From assembly GCF_040216815.1 (NCBI RefSeq), contig NZ_JAVJOJ010000001.1, positions 129,229-193,228 of the forward strand: 64,000 nucleotides of DNA, written 5' to 3'. Positions within the stretch are counted from its first letter, which is position 1, and each line of letters begins with the position of its first letter. Position numbers and translations under genes: made by a program. Below, piece by piece: positions 9,600 to 19,715 of the stretch. A model generated the notes under the pieces. It did no database searches, had not been told where the DNA came from, and saw nothing but the letters and a program-made list of their open reading frames with translations. The stretch comes from Sphingopyxis sp. GTDB lineage: Bacteria > Pseudomonadota > Alphaproteobacteria > Sphingomonadales > Sphingomonadaceae.

Positions 9600-10372
9600 G
9601 CCTGTTCGACATGACGGGACAGGTCGCGCTGATCACCGGATCGTCGCGCGGTATCGGCAAAGCCACGGCAGAAGCAATGGCCGAACAGGGCGCCAAGGTC
9701 GTGATTTCGAGCCGCAAACAGGATGCGTGCGACGCCACCGCGGCAGAGATTAATGCGCGCTTCGGCGACGGCACCGCGATTGCGGTTGCCGCCAATATCT
9801 CGTCGAAGGACGACCTTCAGAATCTCGTGGGCGCGACGCGCGCGGCGTTCGGCAAGATCACCGCGCTCGTCTGCAACGCCGCGTCGAACCCCTATTATGG
9901 CCCCGGCCTCGGCATCAGCGACGAACAGTTCCGCAAGATCATGGACAATAATATCCTGTCCAACCACTGGCTGATTTCGATGGTCGCGCCCGAAATGCTC
10001 GAGCGCGGCGAAGGGTCGATCACGATCATCAGCTCGATCGGCGGGCTCAAGGGATCGCCGATCATCGGCGCCTATGGCATCTCGAAGGCCGCGGACATGC
10101 AGGTTGCGCGCAATTTCTCGGTCGAGTTCGGCCCGAAGGGCGTCCGCGTCAACTGCATCGCGCCAGGGCTCATTCGCACCGACATGGCGCGCGCGCTATG
10201 GGAAAATGAAGAGAATTTGCGCCGTTCGACGGCGGCCTCGACGCTGAAGCGGATCGGCGAGCCGCACGAGATTGCGGGCGCAGCGGTTTTTCTGGCGTCG
10301 AAAGCAGGCGCCTTCACCACCGGCCAGACCATCGTATGCGATGGCGGGGCGACAATTTCGGGAGGCGCATGA
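9596..10372 (+). CDS. SDR family oxidoreductase (DHRS4-like)
   Basis: TGSSRGIG and YGISK motifs; ATGA overlap with the APH gene. Confidence 0.88.
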   Translation: MSLFDMTGQVALITGSSRGIGKATAEAMAEQGAKVVISSRKQDACDATAAEINARFGDGTAIAVAANISSKDDLQNLVGATRAAFGKITALVCNAASNPYYGPGLGISDEQFRKIMDNNILSNHWLISMVAPEMLERGEGSITIISSIGGLKGSPIIGAYGISKAADMQVARNFSVEFGPKGVRVNCIAPGLIRTDMARALWENEENLRRSTAASTLKRIGEPHEIAGAAVFLASKAGAFTTGQTIVCDGGATISGGA

Positions 10373-11175
10373 TGGGCGCGTTGGACGGCAAGGTTGCGAT
10401 CATCACCGGCGCAGGATCGGGAATCGGCCGCGCGAGCGCGCTCCGCTTCGCCGCCGAAGGCGCGAAGCTGGTCATCGGCGACAAGACCGCGGCGGTGCAT
10501 GAAACGGCGCAACTGGTGAAGGATGCGGGCGGCGAGGCGGTCGCGCTGGAGATCGACGCTGGCGTCGAAGATGATGTCGCGAAAATGGTCGCGACCGCGA
10601 AAGACACCTATGGCGCGCTCGACATCGCCTTTGCTAACGCCGGGATCATCGGCGACATGGGCGGTATTTTCGATTTCGACCCCGCCGCCTGGGCCGAAAC
10701 GCTGCGCGTCAATCTGATCGGCCCCGCGCTGATGGTGAAGCACGCCGGAAAGGCGATGGTCGACCAGGGCCGCGGCGGCGCGATCGTGCTGACCGCGAGC
10801 GTCGCGGGGATCAATTCGGGCGCGGGTCCGGGGGCATATTCCGCGTCGAAGGCGGGCGTCATCAATCTCGCCAAGGTCGCGGCGCAGCAATTGTCGACGA
10901 GCGGCGTGCGTGTGAACGCCGTCTGCCCCGGCCTCACCGAAACGGGGATGACCAAGCCGACCTTCGACTATGCCAAGGCCAAGGAAGTGACGCACAAGCT
11001 CGGCCAATTGAACCCGCTGCGCCGCGCGGCGCAGCCCGAGGAGCTTGCCAATGTCGCGCTGTTCCTCGCCAGCGATCAGGCAAGCTATGTCAACGGACAG
11101 GCGATCGCGGTCGACGGCGGGCTGACCAGCTCGCATCCCGTCACGCGCCAGTTGCTCGGCCAGACCTCGCACTGA
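10369..11175 (+). CDS. SDR family oxidoreductase
   Basis: TGAGSGIG and YSASK motifs; ATGA overlap. Confidence 0.88.
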   Translation: MMGALDGKVAIITGAGSGIGRASALRFAAEGAKLVIGDKTAAVHETAQLVKDAGGEAVALEIDAGVEDDVAKMVATAKDTYGALDIAFANAGIIGDMGGIFDFDPAAWAETLRVNLIGPALMVKHAGKAMVDQGRGGAIVLTASVAGINSGAGPGAYSASKAGVINLAKVAAQQLSTSGVRVNAVCPGLTETGMTKPTFDYAKAKEVTHKLGQLNPLRRAAQPEELANVALFLASDQASYVNGQAIAVDGGLTSSHPVTRQLLGQTSH

Positions 11176-11188
11176 TAGGTCTTCGTCC

Positions 11189-12391
11189 ATGAACCACGGA
11201 TTCGACCTCGCGCGACTGGAGCGCCTTCCCGCTTTCCTCAAGGCGAAATATGTCGATAGCGGCCGCCTGCCGCACGCGGCGACTCTGGTGTCGCGCGGCG
11301 GCGAGATTGCGCACCTGTCGTGCATCGGCGACGCCCGGCCGGGCGAGGCGTTGAAGGAGGATGCGATCTTTCGCATCGCGAGCATGACCAAGCCGATCAC
11401 CAGCATCGCCTTCATGATGCTGGTCGAAGAGGGCAAGGTCGCGCTGTCCGATCCGCTGGTCAAATATTGCCCCGAGTTCAGGGAAACCGGCGTGTTCGTC
11501 GCGGGCGGCGGCAACGTCCCCTTTCTGACCCGCCCGCCGGCGCAGCCGATCCGCATGGTCGATTTGCTGCGCCATACCGCCGGTCTGACCTACAGCTTTC
11601 AGGAACGCACCCCGGTCGACGCGGCGTATCGCAAGACCAGGATCGACGATTTCGACGCCGATTATACGATGGACAGCTTTATCGCGGCGCTGGCCAGGAT
11701 ACCGTTGCAATTCGACCCCGGGGCGCACTGGAATTATTCGATGGCGACCGACGTGCTGGGCGCGGTCGTCGAACGGATCGAGGGCAAGCCGTTCGAGCAG
11801 GTGTTGCAGGAGCGCATCTTCGGCCCGCTCGGCATGGCCGACACCGGATTCAAGGTGCCTGCCGATCAGCAGCACCGGCTGACCGATTGCCATGTCTTTG
11901 ACCCCAAAGAGAAGATGAAGCTTTTCGACAGCGGCGAACGCAGCCGCTGGGCGAAGGACAGAAGCTTTCATTCGGGCGGCGGCGGGCTGGTTTCCACCCT
12001 GTCCGACTATCATCGTTTCTGCCTGATGCTGCTGGGCGGCGGCCAGCTGGACGGCACGCGGATCATCAGCCGCAAGACATTGGCGCTGATGACGTCGAAC
12101 CATTTGATCGGCGGCGGCGATCTGACGCAGCATAGCGTCGGCGTGTTCAGCGAGGATGAAAATGCCGGGATCGGCTTCGGCCTCGGCTTTGCGGTGACGC
12201 TCGACCCGGCGCGCGCAGGCATTCCCGGCTCCGCGGGCGATTTTTACTGGGGCGGCATGTTCTCGACCGGCTTCTTCGTCGATCCGGTCGAACAGATTTG
12301 CATGGTTTTCATGACCCAGCTCATGCCCTCCTCCACCTATCCCGTGCGGCGCGAGGTCAAGACCCTCGTTCATGCCGCGCTCGATGACTGA
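11189..12391 (+). CDS. Serine hydrolase, beta-lactamase-like (family VIII esterase)
   Basis: FRIASMTK (SxxK), LLRHTAG and WNYS motifs; no signal peptide. Confidence 0.85.
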   Translation: MNHGFDLARLERLPAFLKAKYVDSGRLPHAATLVSRGGEIAHLSCIGDARPGEALKEDAIFRIASMTKPITSIAFMMLVEEGKVALSDPLVKYCPEFRETGVFVAGGGNVPFLTRPPAQPIRMVDLLRHTAGLTYSFQERTPVDAAYRKTRIDDFDADYTMDSFIAALARIPLQFDPGAHWNYSMATDVLGAVVERIEGKPFEQVLQERIFGPLGMADTGFKVPADQQHRLTDCHVFDPKEKMKLFDSGERSRWAKDRSFHSGGGGLVSTLSDYHRFCLMLLGGGQLDGTRIISRKTLALMTSNHLIGGGDLTQHSVGVFSEDENAGIGFGLGFAVTLDPARAGIPGSAGDFYWGGMFSTGFFVDPVEQICMVFMTQLMPSSTYPVRREVKTLVHAALDD

Positions 12392-12408
12392 AATGCAACG
12401 CCCACACT

Positions 12409-12491
12409 CCGTTCGTGTCGAGCGAAGTCGAGACATCCATCGATCCGGCGCCTAGCCCGAGGTGCATCTCGACTTCGCTCGATGCGAGCGG
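12409..12491. repeat. GTCGAGCGAAGTCGAGAC-type palindromic repeat
   Basis: CGTTCGTGTCGAGCGAAGTCGAGA ... TCTCGACTTCGCTCGATGCGAGCGG inverted arms. Confidence 0.8.
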
Positions 12492-12514
12492 GTCCATTTT
12501 GAAGGAGTTCTCCC

Positions 12515-14548
12515 ATGTCCGAAGACACCCCCGTTAGCGTGCGCGTAGAAAAGGACGGCGACGTCGCCGTCATTATCGTGAGCAACCCGCCGGTCAACGC
12601 GCTGTCCTGGCACGTCCGGCAGGGGCTGGAGGATCATTTCACCGCCGCGCTCGCCGACGACAGCGTCAAGGCGATTGTCCTGCGCTGCGACGGCGCGACC
12701 TTCATCGCGGGCGCCGACATCAGCGAGTTCGGCAAGCCGCCGCGCGGTCCCGACTTCAACGCGGTGCTGAACATGATCGAAGCCGCGCCCAAGCCGGTGA
12801 TCGCCGCGATCCACGGGACAGCCCTTGGGGGAGGTCTCGAAACTGCGCTCGTCTGCCATTATCGCGTCGCGGTGCCTTCGGCGAAGCTCGGCGTGCCCGA
12901 AGTGAAGCTGGGCCTGCTGCCGGGTGCGGGCGGCACCCAGCGGCTGCCGCGCATCGTCGGCGTCGAAGCGGCGGCATCGATGACCTCGCTCGGCGATCCC
13001 GTTCCGGCGCCCAAGGCCAAGGAGATGGGCCTTGTCGACGAGCTCGCGGGCGAAGACAGCCTGGCCGCCGATGCAATCGCCTTTGCCCGCGCCAAGATCG
13101 CCAATGGCCCGCGCCCGACGCGCGACCGCGACGTGTTCGGTGACGTTGCGGTGATCGAACAGCTCAAGGCCAAAAACGCCAAGCGCTGGCGCGGCTTCGA
13201 GGCGCCTTACGCCAACCTCGCCTGCGTCGAAGCCGCAACGCGTCTGCCTTTCGACGAAGGCCTCGCGTTCGAGCGCGAGCAGTTTATGAAGCTGATGTTC
13301 GGCAGCCAGTCGGCGGCGCAGCGCCACATCTTCTTCGCCGAGCGCCAGGCCGCGAAGATCGACGGGCTGCCCAAGGACACACAGCTGCGTGACGTCAAAA
13401 AGGTCGGCATCATCGGCGCCGGCACGATGGGCGGCGGCATCATGATGAACTTCCTTCAGAAGGGCATCCCCTGCACCATCGTCGAGATGCAGCAGGAAGC
13501 GCTCGACCGGGGGCTGGGCGTGGTGCGCAAGAATTACGACGCCAGCGCCGCCAAGGGGCGTTTCAAGCCCGAACAGGTCGATCAGATGATGGGCCTTATC
13601 ACGCCGACGCTGAACCTCGACGATCTCGCCGACTGCGACCTCATCATCGAGGCGGTCTATGAGAATATGGACGTCAAGAAAGAGATTTTCGCCAAGCTCG
13701 ACAAGATTGCCAAGCCCGGCGCGATCCTCGCGTCGAACACCTCCTATCTCGACATCGACGAGATCGCGACCGCGACGAGCCGTCCCGGCGACGTGCTGGG
13801 CATGCACTTCTTCTCGCCCGCCAATGTGATGAAGCTTTTGGAAGTGGTGCGCGGTGACAAGACCGCGCCCGATGCGCTCGCGACCGCGATGGCGATCGGC
13901 AAAAAGATCGGGAAGGTCGCGGTGGTCGCGGGCGTGTGCGACGGCTTTATCGGCAACCGGATGCTGAAGCCCCGCCAGACGGAGGCGATGAAGCTGCTGC
14001 TCGAAGGCGCGACCCCGGCGCAGGTCGACAAGGTGCATGTCGAATTCGGCATGCCGATGGGTCCCTTCCAGATGAGCGACCTCGCCGGTGTCGACATCGG
14101 CTGGCACCGCGACCCCAATCGCATCGAAAGCATCCGCGATGCGCTCGCCGCCGAGGGCCGCTGGGGCCAGAAGAAGCAGGCGGGCTTTTACGACTATGAC
14201 GACAAGCGCAACCCGTCGGAAAGCCCGCGCGTTGCCGAGATCATCGAAGAGTTCCGCAAGAAGGCGGGCGTCGAAAAGCGCGAGATCACCGATCAGGAAA
14301 TCATCGAGCGCACGCTCTATCCGATGGTCAACGAAGGCGCGCTGATCCTGGCGGAAGGCAAGGCGCAGCGCGCGTCCGACATCGATGTCGTCTGGATCTA
14401 TGGCTATGGCTGGCCCGTCTATCGCGGCGGCCCGATGTTCTGGGCCGGGCTCGAAGGCACCGACAAGATCGTCGCGGCGCTGGAAAGCCATGGGTTCGAG
14501 ATCGCGCCTTTGCTCAAGGAAAAGGCGGAGGCGAAATCGGGCTTCTAA
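12515..14548 (+). CDS. Bifunctional enoyl-CoA hydratase / 3-hydroxyacyl-CoA dehydrogenase (FadB/PimF-like)
   Basis: N-terminal crotonase (FIAGADI, GGGLE), GAGTMG, ASNTS, HFFSP and GFIGNR motifs. Confidence 0.92.
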   Translation: MSEDTPVSVRVEKDGDVAVIIVSNPPVNALSWHVRQGLEDHFTAALADDSVKAIVLRCDGATFIAGADISEFGKPPRGPDFNAVLNMIEAAPKPVIAAIHGTALGGGLETALVCHYRVAVPSAKLGVPEVKLGLLPGAGGTQRLPRIVGVEAAASMTSLGDPVPAPKAKEMGLVDELAGEDSLAADAIAFARAKIANGPRPTRDRDVFGDVAVIEQLKAKNAKRWRGFEAPYANLACVEAATRLPFDEGLAFEREQFMKLMFGSQSAAQRHIFFAERQAAKIDGLPKDTQLRDVKKVGIIGAGTMGGGIMMNFLQKGIPCTIVEMQQEALDRGLGVVRKNYDASAAKGRFKPEQVDQMMGLITPTLNLDDLADCDLIIEAVYENMDVKKEIFAKLDKIAKPGAILASNTSYLDIDEIATATSRPGDVLGMHFFSPANVMKLLEVVRGDKTAPDALATAMAIGKKIGKVAVVAGVCDGFIGNRMLKPRQTEAMKLLLEGATPAQVDKVHVEFGMPMGPFQMSDLAGVDIGWHRDPNRIESIRDALAAEGRWGQKKQAGFYDYDDKRNPSESPRVAEIIEEFRKKAGVEKREITDQEIIERTLYPMVNEGALILAEGKAQRASDIDVVWIYGYGWPVYRGGPMFWAGLEGTDKIVAALESHGFEIAPLLKEKAEAKSGF

Positions 14549-14572
14549 TCCCGCCACCGCTTACCAAAACAG

Positions 14573-14608
14573 GGCCGCCTGTCCCAACGCGGGGCAGGCG
14601 GCCTTTTT
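14573..14608 (+). terminator. Rho-independent terminator
   Basis: GGCCGCCTGTCCC-AACGC-GGGGCAGGCGGCC followed by TTTTT. Confidence 0.8.
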
Positions 14609-14692
14609 CTTGCCCCGAACGCGCGGCCGCCATGACCGAAAAGCTGCGATTCAGGGTTAAAGCGCTGGCAAGACCTGCCGTTAGGGCAGAGC

Positions 14693-14932
14693 ATGAACGC
14701 GATGTTCCTTGCCGCCGCCCTGTTCCTTGCCGCAAGCGCCCCGGCCGCGGCACCGGTGCCCGACCGGCCGCACGCCAGTGCCGTGGGCATCGCGCGCGCG
14801 CGCATTCTGGCGCCCGCCGAGGTGCGGCGCATAAATGGACGGCTGGAGGTGCGCAGCGGCAGCCGCGATGCGCCGACGCAGCTTCACCGCACCGAACGGC
14901 GCGACGGGGGTGAAACCGCCGATTTTTACTGA
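14693..14932 (+). CDS. Small secreted hypothetical protein
   Basis: Signal-peptide-like N-terminus, occupies its own intergenic gap, 79 aa. Confidence 0.6.
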   Translation: MNAMFLAAALFLAASAPAAAPVPDRPHASAVGIARARILAPAEVRRINGRLEVRSGSRDAPTQLHRTERRDGGETADFY

Positions 14933-14942
14933 AAAAGCGGGC

Positions 14943-15353
14943 TCAGCCCTTTTCGCCGGGAAAGAAGCGCGCGATCACGTCGCTCGCGAGGCGCGCGGGG
15001 CGCAATGTTTCGGCGTCGATGCAGCACCAGCTCGACTTGACCTCCGCCAGCACCTCTTCGCCGCGGCGGATGACCGTTTCGTAAAAGGCGCGCGCGCCCT
15101 GCACTTTTTCGAGGATGACGGTCGCGATGACCCGATCGTCGAGAAACGCAGGACGGCGGTAGGTGATTTCATGCTTGAGCGCGACCCACAGATGCGCCGC
15201 GACGGCTTCGGGCGGCGCGATCTGGCGCCAGTGCGACAGCACCGCTTCCTGCACCCAGCTTAAATAATGGGCGTTGTTGACGTGCCCCATGAAGTCGATG
15301 ACCTCGGGCCCGACGGTGATGTCGTGATCGTGCGGACGTGCGGCGGCGTTCAT
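14943..15353 (-). CDS. Acyl-CoA thioesterase (4HBT/YbgC hotdog)
   Basis: IDFMGHVNNAHYL motif. Confidence 0.88.
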   Translation of the reverse strand: MNAAARPHDHDITVGPEVIDFMGHVNNAHYLSWVQEAVLSHWRQIAPPEAVAAHLWVALKHEITYRRPAFLDDRVIATVILEKVQGARAFYETVIRRGEEVLAEVKSSWCCIDAETLRPARLASDVIARFFPGEKG

Positions 15354-15357
15354 ATCG

Positions 15358-15373
15358 TTGACATTAGTGTCAA
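15358..15373. promoter_or_regulatory. Palindromic operator TTGACA-N4-TGTCAA
   Basis: TTGACA-TTAG-TGTCAA, 4 bp from the thioesterase start codon. Confidence 0.65.
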
Positions 15374-15398
15374 TATATCGTGACGGAAAGATGAATCT

Positions 15399-15869
15399 TC
15401 ATCCCCGCCCGCGATAGGGCGCCACCCCCTGATCGGGAAGCCAGAGCCCGGCGGGCGGCGGCCCCGACTGCCAGAACACGTCGATCGGGATACCGCCGCG
15501 CGGATACCAATACCCCCCGATGCGCAGCCATTGCGGCTGCATCTCGTCGAACAGGCGGCGGCCGATACCGACGGTGCAATCCTCGTGAAAACCCGCATGG
15601 TTGCGAAAGCTGCCGAGAAAAAGCTTCAGGCTTTTCGATTCGACGATCGTGTTGCCCGGCGCATAGTCGATCACCAGATGCGCAAAATCGGGCTGGCCGG
15701 TGACGGGGCAGAGCGAGGTAAATTCAGGCGCGGCGAACCGGACGAGATAAAGCTCGCCCGCGCGCGGATTGGGGACATAATCGAGCACCGCCGCCTCGGG
15801 CGAGGCAGGCAGTTCGCTCGATTGGCCGAGATGTTTCGGCGCCAGCGGCGCAGGGGTGGAATCGGTCAT
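15399..15869 (-). CDS. queF: 7-cyano-7-deazaguanine (preQ0) reductase
   Basis: [21 protein letters not shown] and FHEDC motifs. Confidence 0.95.
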   Translation of the reverse strand: MTDSTPAPLAPKHLGQSSELPASPEAAVLDYVPNPRAGELYLVRFAAPEFTSLCPVTGQPDFAHLVIDYAPGNTIVESKSLKLFLGSFRNHAGFHEDCTVGIGRRLFDEMQPQWLRIGGYWYPRGGIPIDVFWQSGPPPAGLWLPDQGVAPYRGRG

Positions 15870-15995
15870 GGAAACCCTCTAGTGCGCAGCGCGGCGGATG
15901 TCATCCGGGGCCATGGGCGCCAGGTGACGGCCGCAAGGTTCAGCGTCAATTCAGCGGCGCGGCCGAGATATGGGCAGTTTGGGATCGCAGACAAG

Positions 15996-17306
15996 ATGAG
16001 CGCGCGGAACTTCGGGCAGGATCGGGTGGCAGGATGGGCGCTGGCGGCAACACTGCTCGCCGCGGGCCTGCCCGCCGACGCGCAAGACAGCACCGCCGGC
16101 GCGCCGCCGCCGCGGCAGATTGATTTCCGCCTCCAGCCGGAGGATGACGACCGCGCTCCGGGGGTACAGGGCCCCGCCGACAACGGCCTGCCCCCCGTCG
16201 CGCCGGGCGAGCGCCGCGGCCAGCCCGCACCGCCCCCCACACCGGCGCCAACCCCCGCGCCGACGTCGCCCGCCGTGCCGCCGCGCGTGGTCCCGACGCA
16301 ACCCGATACGGCAAACGCACCTGCGCCCACGTCGGAGCGCCGAACCACCCCGGCCGAAACGCCGCGCCCCGGCGTCGTCCCGGCGCCGGTCGATCCGGCA
16401 CCCGCGCCCGATACGACCGTCCCATCCGCGTCGCCGATGGACGAATCGGCGGCAACCAGCACTGTGACGACGGCAGAGGCGGCCGACGACGCACCCGCGG
16501 CGGGTTCGCCCGCTGCGCCTCCGGCGCCATCCGGTACGCCGCTCTGGGCGTGGGCGCTGGCCGTGCTCGCCGCCGCAGCTGCGGGGCTTTGGTACTGGCG
16601 CCGCCGCGCGGCGCCCGCCGGGCCCGATCTCGACGATGCGCCCGCTACGCCGCCCGCGGCGCCGGTACCGCCCCCGGCATCGCCGCTCCCCGAAGCCGCA
16701 ACGCCCCGCGCCCCCGCCGCAGCGCCCACCCCGGCGCAGCAACCCGCGGCGCGGTCCGCCACCCCGCTCGTCACCCGCCCCGCGGCCGAACGCCGTGCGG
16801 TCGTCGGCATGGCGCTGGAGATACGATCGATCCGGTTCGCGGCGGATCATGTCGCGGTCGGTTTTACGCTCAACCTGCTCAACGAAGGCAGCGCAGCGGC
16901 CACGGGCCTGATGGTGCGGATTGCCGTGGGCCAGGGATCGGCGATGACCGAGCCCGTGCTCGGCCGCTTTTTCGACGGCGCGGGCGGCAGCGTGCTGCGC
17001 GACGATATGGCGCTGGCGCCCGGCGCGGGCGAGCAATTGTCCACCGAGGTGATGTTGCCGCGCGCCGCGATCGAACCGCTGATGATCGGCGGCAAACCCA
17101 TGCTGGTGCCGGTGATGGCGATCGACGTCACCTATCATTGGGATGGCGAAGGCGACGCCTTCGGGCAAAATGCCGGCAGTTTCGTGCTGGGCCGCGACCA
17201 AATGCCCGGCGGCAACGAAAAACTGGCGCCGCTGGCGCTCGACCGCGCGGCCTATAGCGTCGATCGCCCCGCCGCCCGGCCCACCGCGATTCGCCGCGTG
17301 CAATAG
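15996..17306 (+). CDS. Pro/Ala-rich single-pass membrane protein, hypothetical
   Basis: Signal peptide, Pro-rich linker, TM segment followed by RRR, C-terminal globular domain; start chosen at ATG 15996. Confidence 0.7.
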   Translation: MSARNFGQDRVAGWALAATLLAAGLPADAQDSTAGAPPPRQIDFRLQPEDDDRAPGVQGPADNGLPPVAPGERRGQPAPPPTPAPTPAPTSPAVPPRVVPTQPDTANAPAPTSERRTTPAETPRPGVVPAPVDPAPAPDTTVPSASPMDESAATSTVTTAEAADDAPAAGSPAAPPAPSGTPLWAWALAVLAAAAAGLWYWRRRAAPAGPDLDDAPATPPAAPVPPPASPLPEAATPRAPAAAPTPAQQPAARSATPLVTRPAAERRAVVGMALEIRSIRFAADHVAVGFTLNLLNEGSAAATGLMVRIAVGQGSAMTEPVLGRFFDGAGGSVLRDDMALAPGAGEQLSTEVMLPRAAIEPLMIGGKPMLVPVMAIDVTYHWDGEGDAFGQNAGSFVLGRDQMPGGNEKLAPLALDRAAYSVDRPAARPTAIRRVQ

Positions 17307-17487
17307 CTGTTTGCAGCCGCGAGGGCCGCTTTTCTGTTGCGGTGCAGCAAGGGCTGGGGCAGAGCGGACCCGCTTGAAAAAGCACAGGGGCAGGCATAGG
17401 CTGACGATCCCCGGAAAGAAGCCGCAGCAGGATGGCCGGGCGAGGGAGAGACAGACGCTTCCCGACCGGCCGTAACAGGAGCATGAC

Positions 17488-18327
17488 ATGGACGCCTTGG
17501 TCTCAACCGACTGGCTGGAACGCGAACTGGGGGCATCGGACCTGCGGGTCGTCGATGCGACGAAATTTCTGGAACCCGATCGCGACGCACGCGCCGAATA
17601 TGAGGCAGGGCACATTCCCGGCGCCGTGTTCATGGACCTGGCCGAGCTGACCGATACATCGAACGCGGTCGAGAATATGGCCCCGCCCGCCGAAAAATTC
17701 GCGAGCCGGATGCAGTCGCTCGGCCTCGGCGACGGCAGCCGCATCGTGCTTTATGACGACAGCCCGCTCAAGAGCGCGGCGCGCGCGTGGTGGCTGCTCA
17801 AATTGTTCGGCGCGCACGATGTCGCGCTGCTCGACGGCGGGCTCGCCAAATGGAAGGCCGAAGGGCGCGCGCTCGAAATGGGCAAGCAGACGCTTCGCCA
17901 CCGCCATTTCACCGTGTGGCGCGACGCCAAGGCGGTGCGGACCAAGGATCAGATGCTCGCCAATGTCGACAGCGGCGCCGAACAGGTCGTCGATGCCCGC
18001 CCCGCGGCGCGCTTTACCGGCGAGGAACGCGACCCGCGCCCCGGCCTGGCGCCGGGCCATATCCCGAACTCGCGCAGCCTGCCGCACAGCCAGCTCTTCA
18101 ACGAAGACGGCACCTGGAAGCGCGGCGACGCGCTCAAGGCCGCGTTCGACGCCGCCGGAATCGACCTCGACAAACCGCTGGTCGCGACGTGCGGCAGCGG
18201 TATGACCGCCACCGTCGTCGCTTTTGGCGCGCATCTGCTCGGCAAGGACGATGTCGCGGTCTATGACGGCAGCTGGCTCGAATGGGGCGCCGACGCCGCG
18301 ACGCCGAAAGCGACCGGCGCAGCCTGA
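17488..18327 (+). CDS. sseA: 3-mercaptopyruvate sulfurtransferase (rhodanese)
   Basis: GHIPGA, two rhodanese domains, active-site TCGSGMTA, YDGSWLEW. Confidence 0.92.
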   Translation: MDALVSTDWLERELGASDLRVVDATKFLEPDRDARAEYEAGHIPGAVFMDLAELTDTSNAVENMAPPAEKFASRMQSLGLGDGSRIVLYDDSPLKSAARAWWLLKLFGAHDVALLDGGLAKWKAEGRALEMGKQTLRHRHFTVWRDAKAVRTKDQMLANVDSGAEQVVDARPAARFTGEERDPRPGLAPGHIPNSRSLPHSQLFNEDGTWKRGDALKAAFDAAGIDLDKPLVATCGSGMTATVVAFGAHLLGKDDVAVYDGSWLEWGADAATPKATGAA

Positions 18328-18345
18328 TCGGGCACGGCGGTCGCC

Positions 18346-19695
18346 TTGCCGCCTTCCCTCACCCCCCGTATCGACCCAAGCGTCGGCCCCGGTTTCGGAG
18401 AGGCGGTGCGCGCCTATGCCCGCGTCGGCCTGCTAAGCTTTGGCGGGCCCGCGGGCCAGATCGCGCTGATGCACCGCGAGTTCGTCGACGAGCGGCGCTG
18501 GGTCGACGAGGCGGCATTCCTGCACGCGCTCAATTTCTGTCATCTGCTGCCCGGCCCCGAAGCGCAGCAGCTCGCGACCTGGATCGGCTGGCGGCTGCAC
18601 GGGCTGCGCGGCGGCCTTGCGGCGGGATTGCTCTTCGTGCTGCCGGGCGCCGCGGTCATGTTGGGCCTGTCGATCCTCTATGTCCTGGCGGCGGATCTCG
18701 ACTGGTTCGCGGCGCTGTTCCTCGGCATCAAGGCCGCAGTGCTCGCGATCGTCGTGCAGGCATTGCTGCGCATCGCGGCACGCGCGCTGAAGACGCCCTT
18801 GCAGCGCGGCATCGCCCTCGCCTCCTTCGTCGCCATCGCGCTGTTCGCGCTGCCCTTTCCGCTCGTCATACTCGCCGCGCTGGCGATGGGCTGGGCGGCC
18901 GGGCGGTGGCGCCCGCACTGGCTGAAACTGGCATCGACGGCACCGGAACCGCCCCCGCCGCCGCGCATGTCGGCAGCGCGACAGAGCCTGCACGCCATCC
19001 TGCTCTGGGGCATGATCTGGGCAGCGCCGATGCTGCTGATCCTGCTCACGCTGGGGCGCGGCCATGTGCTCTGGGACATCGGCGCCTTTTTCTCGCAGCT
19101 GGCGGTCGTCACCTTCGGCGGGGCCTATGCCGTGCTCGCCTATATGGCGCAGGAGGCGGTGAGCGGCTTCGGCTGGCTGCAACCGGGAGAGATGGCCGAC
19201 GGGCTGGGGCTCGCCGAAACGACGCCGGGCCCGCTGATCCTGGTTACGCAGTTCGTCGGCTTCCTCGCCGCCTATCGCGACGCCGCGCCCTTCACCCCCT
19301 TCGTCGCGGCGCTGCTCGGCGCAGGGCTGACGCTGTGGGTTACTTTTGCGCCCTGTTTCCTCTGGATTTTCACATTCGCGCCGTGGATCGACCGGCTCGA
19401 TCGCGCGGCGGGGCTGAAGGGCGCGCTTGCGGCCGTCACCGCCGCGGTCGTCGGCGTGATCGCGAACCTGTCGCTGTGGTTTGCGCTGCATGTGCTGTTT
19501 AGCCAACTGATCCGCAGCGAATGGGGCATGGAACTGCCCGTGCTCGCGAGCCTCGACCTTCGCGCACTGGTGCTGGCGCTGCTCGCCGCAATGCTGCTGT
19601 TTCGCCTCAAGCTGGGGATCATCGCGGTGCTGGCGATCTGTTCGGCGGCGGGGCTGCTGCTCGGCCTTGCCAGTCCGCCACTGGATTTTGCCTAG
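18346..19695 (+). CDS. chrA: Chromate ion transporter (long-chain CHR)
   Basis: SFGGPAGQI, LPGPEAQQ, TFGGAYAV and ETTPGP motifs; TTG start. Confidence 0.9.
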   Translation: MPPSLTPRIDPSVGPGFGEAVRAYARVGLLSFGGPAGQIALMHREFVDERRWVDEAAFLHALNFCHLLPGPEAQQLATWIGWRLHGLRGGLAAGLLFVLPGAAVMLGLSILYVLAADLDWFAALFLGIKAAVLAIVVQALLRIAARALKTPLQRGIALASFVAIALFALPFPLVILAALAMGWAAGRWRPHWLKLASTAPEPPPPPRMSAARQSLHAILLWGMIWAAPMLLILLTLGRGHVLWDIGAFFSQLAVVTFGGAYAVLAYMAQEAVSGFGWLQPGEMADGLGLAETTPGPLILVTQFVGFLAAYRDAAPFTPFVAALLGAGLTLWVTFAPCFLWIFTFAPWIDRLDRAAGLKGALAAVTAAVVGVIANLSLWFALHVLFSQLIRSEWGMELPVLASLDLRALVLALLAAMLLFRLKLGIIAVLAICSAAGLLLGLASPPLDFA

Positions 19696-19715
19696 CGCTT
19701 CGCTACGATTGACCG

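Noticed and set aside
15870-15995. Possible preQ1 riboswitch upstream of queF (also checked upstream of queA)
   Set aside because: No AGAGGTTCTAG-like stem or A-rich pseudoknot tail seen
16200-16780. Tandem-repeat-like CCGGCG runs
   Set aside because: Low-complexity Pro/Ala codons inside a CDS, not a discrete repeat array
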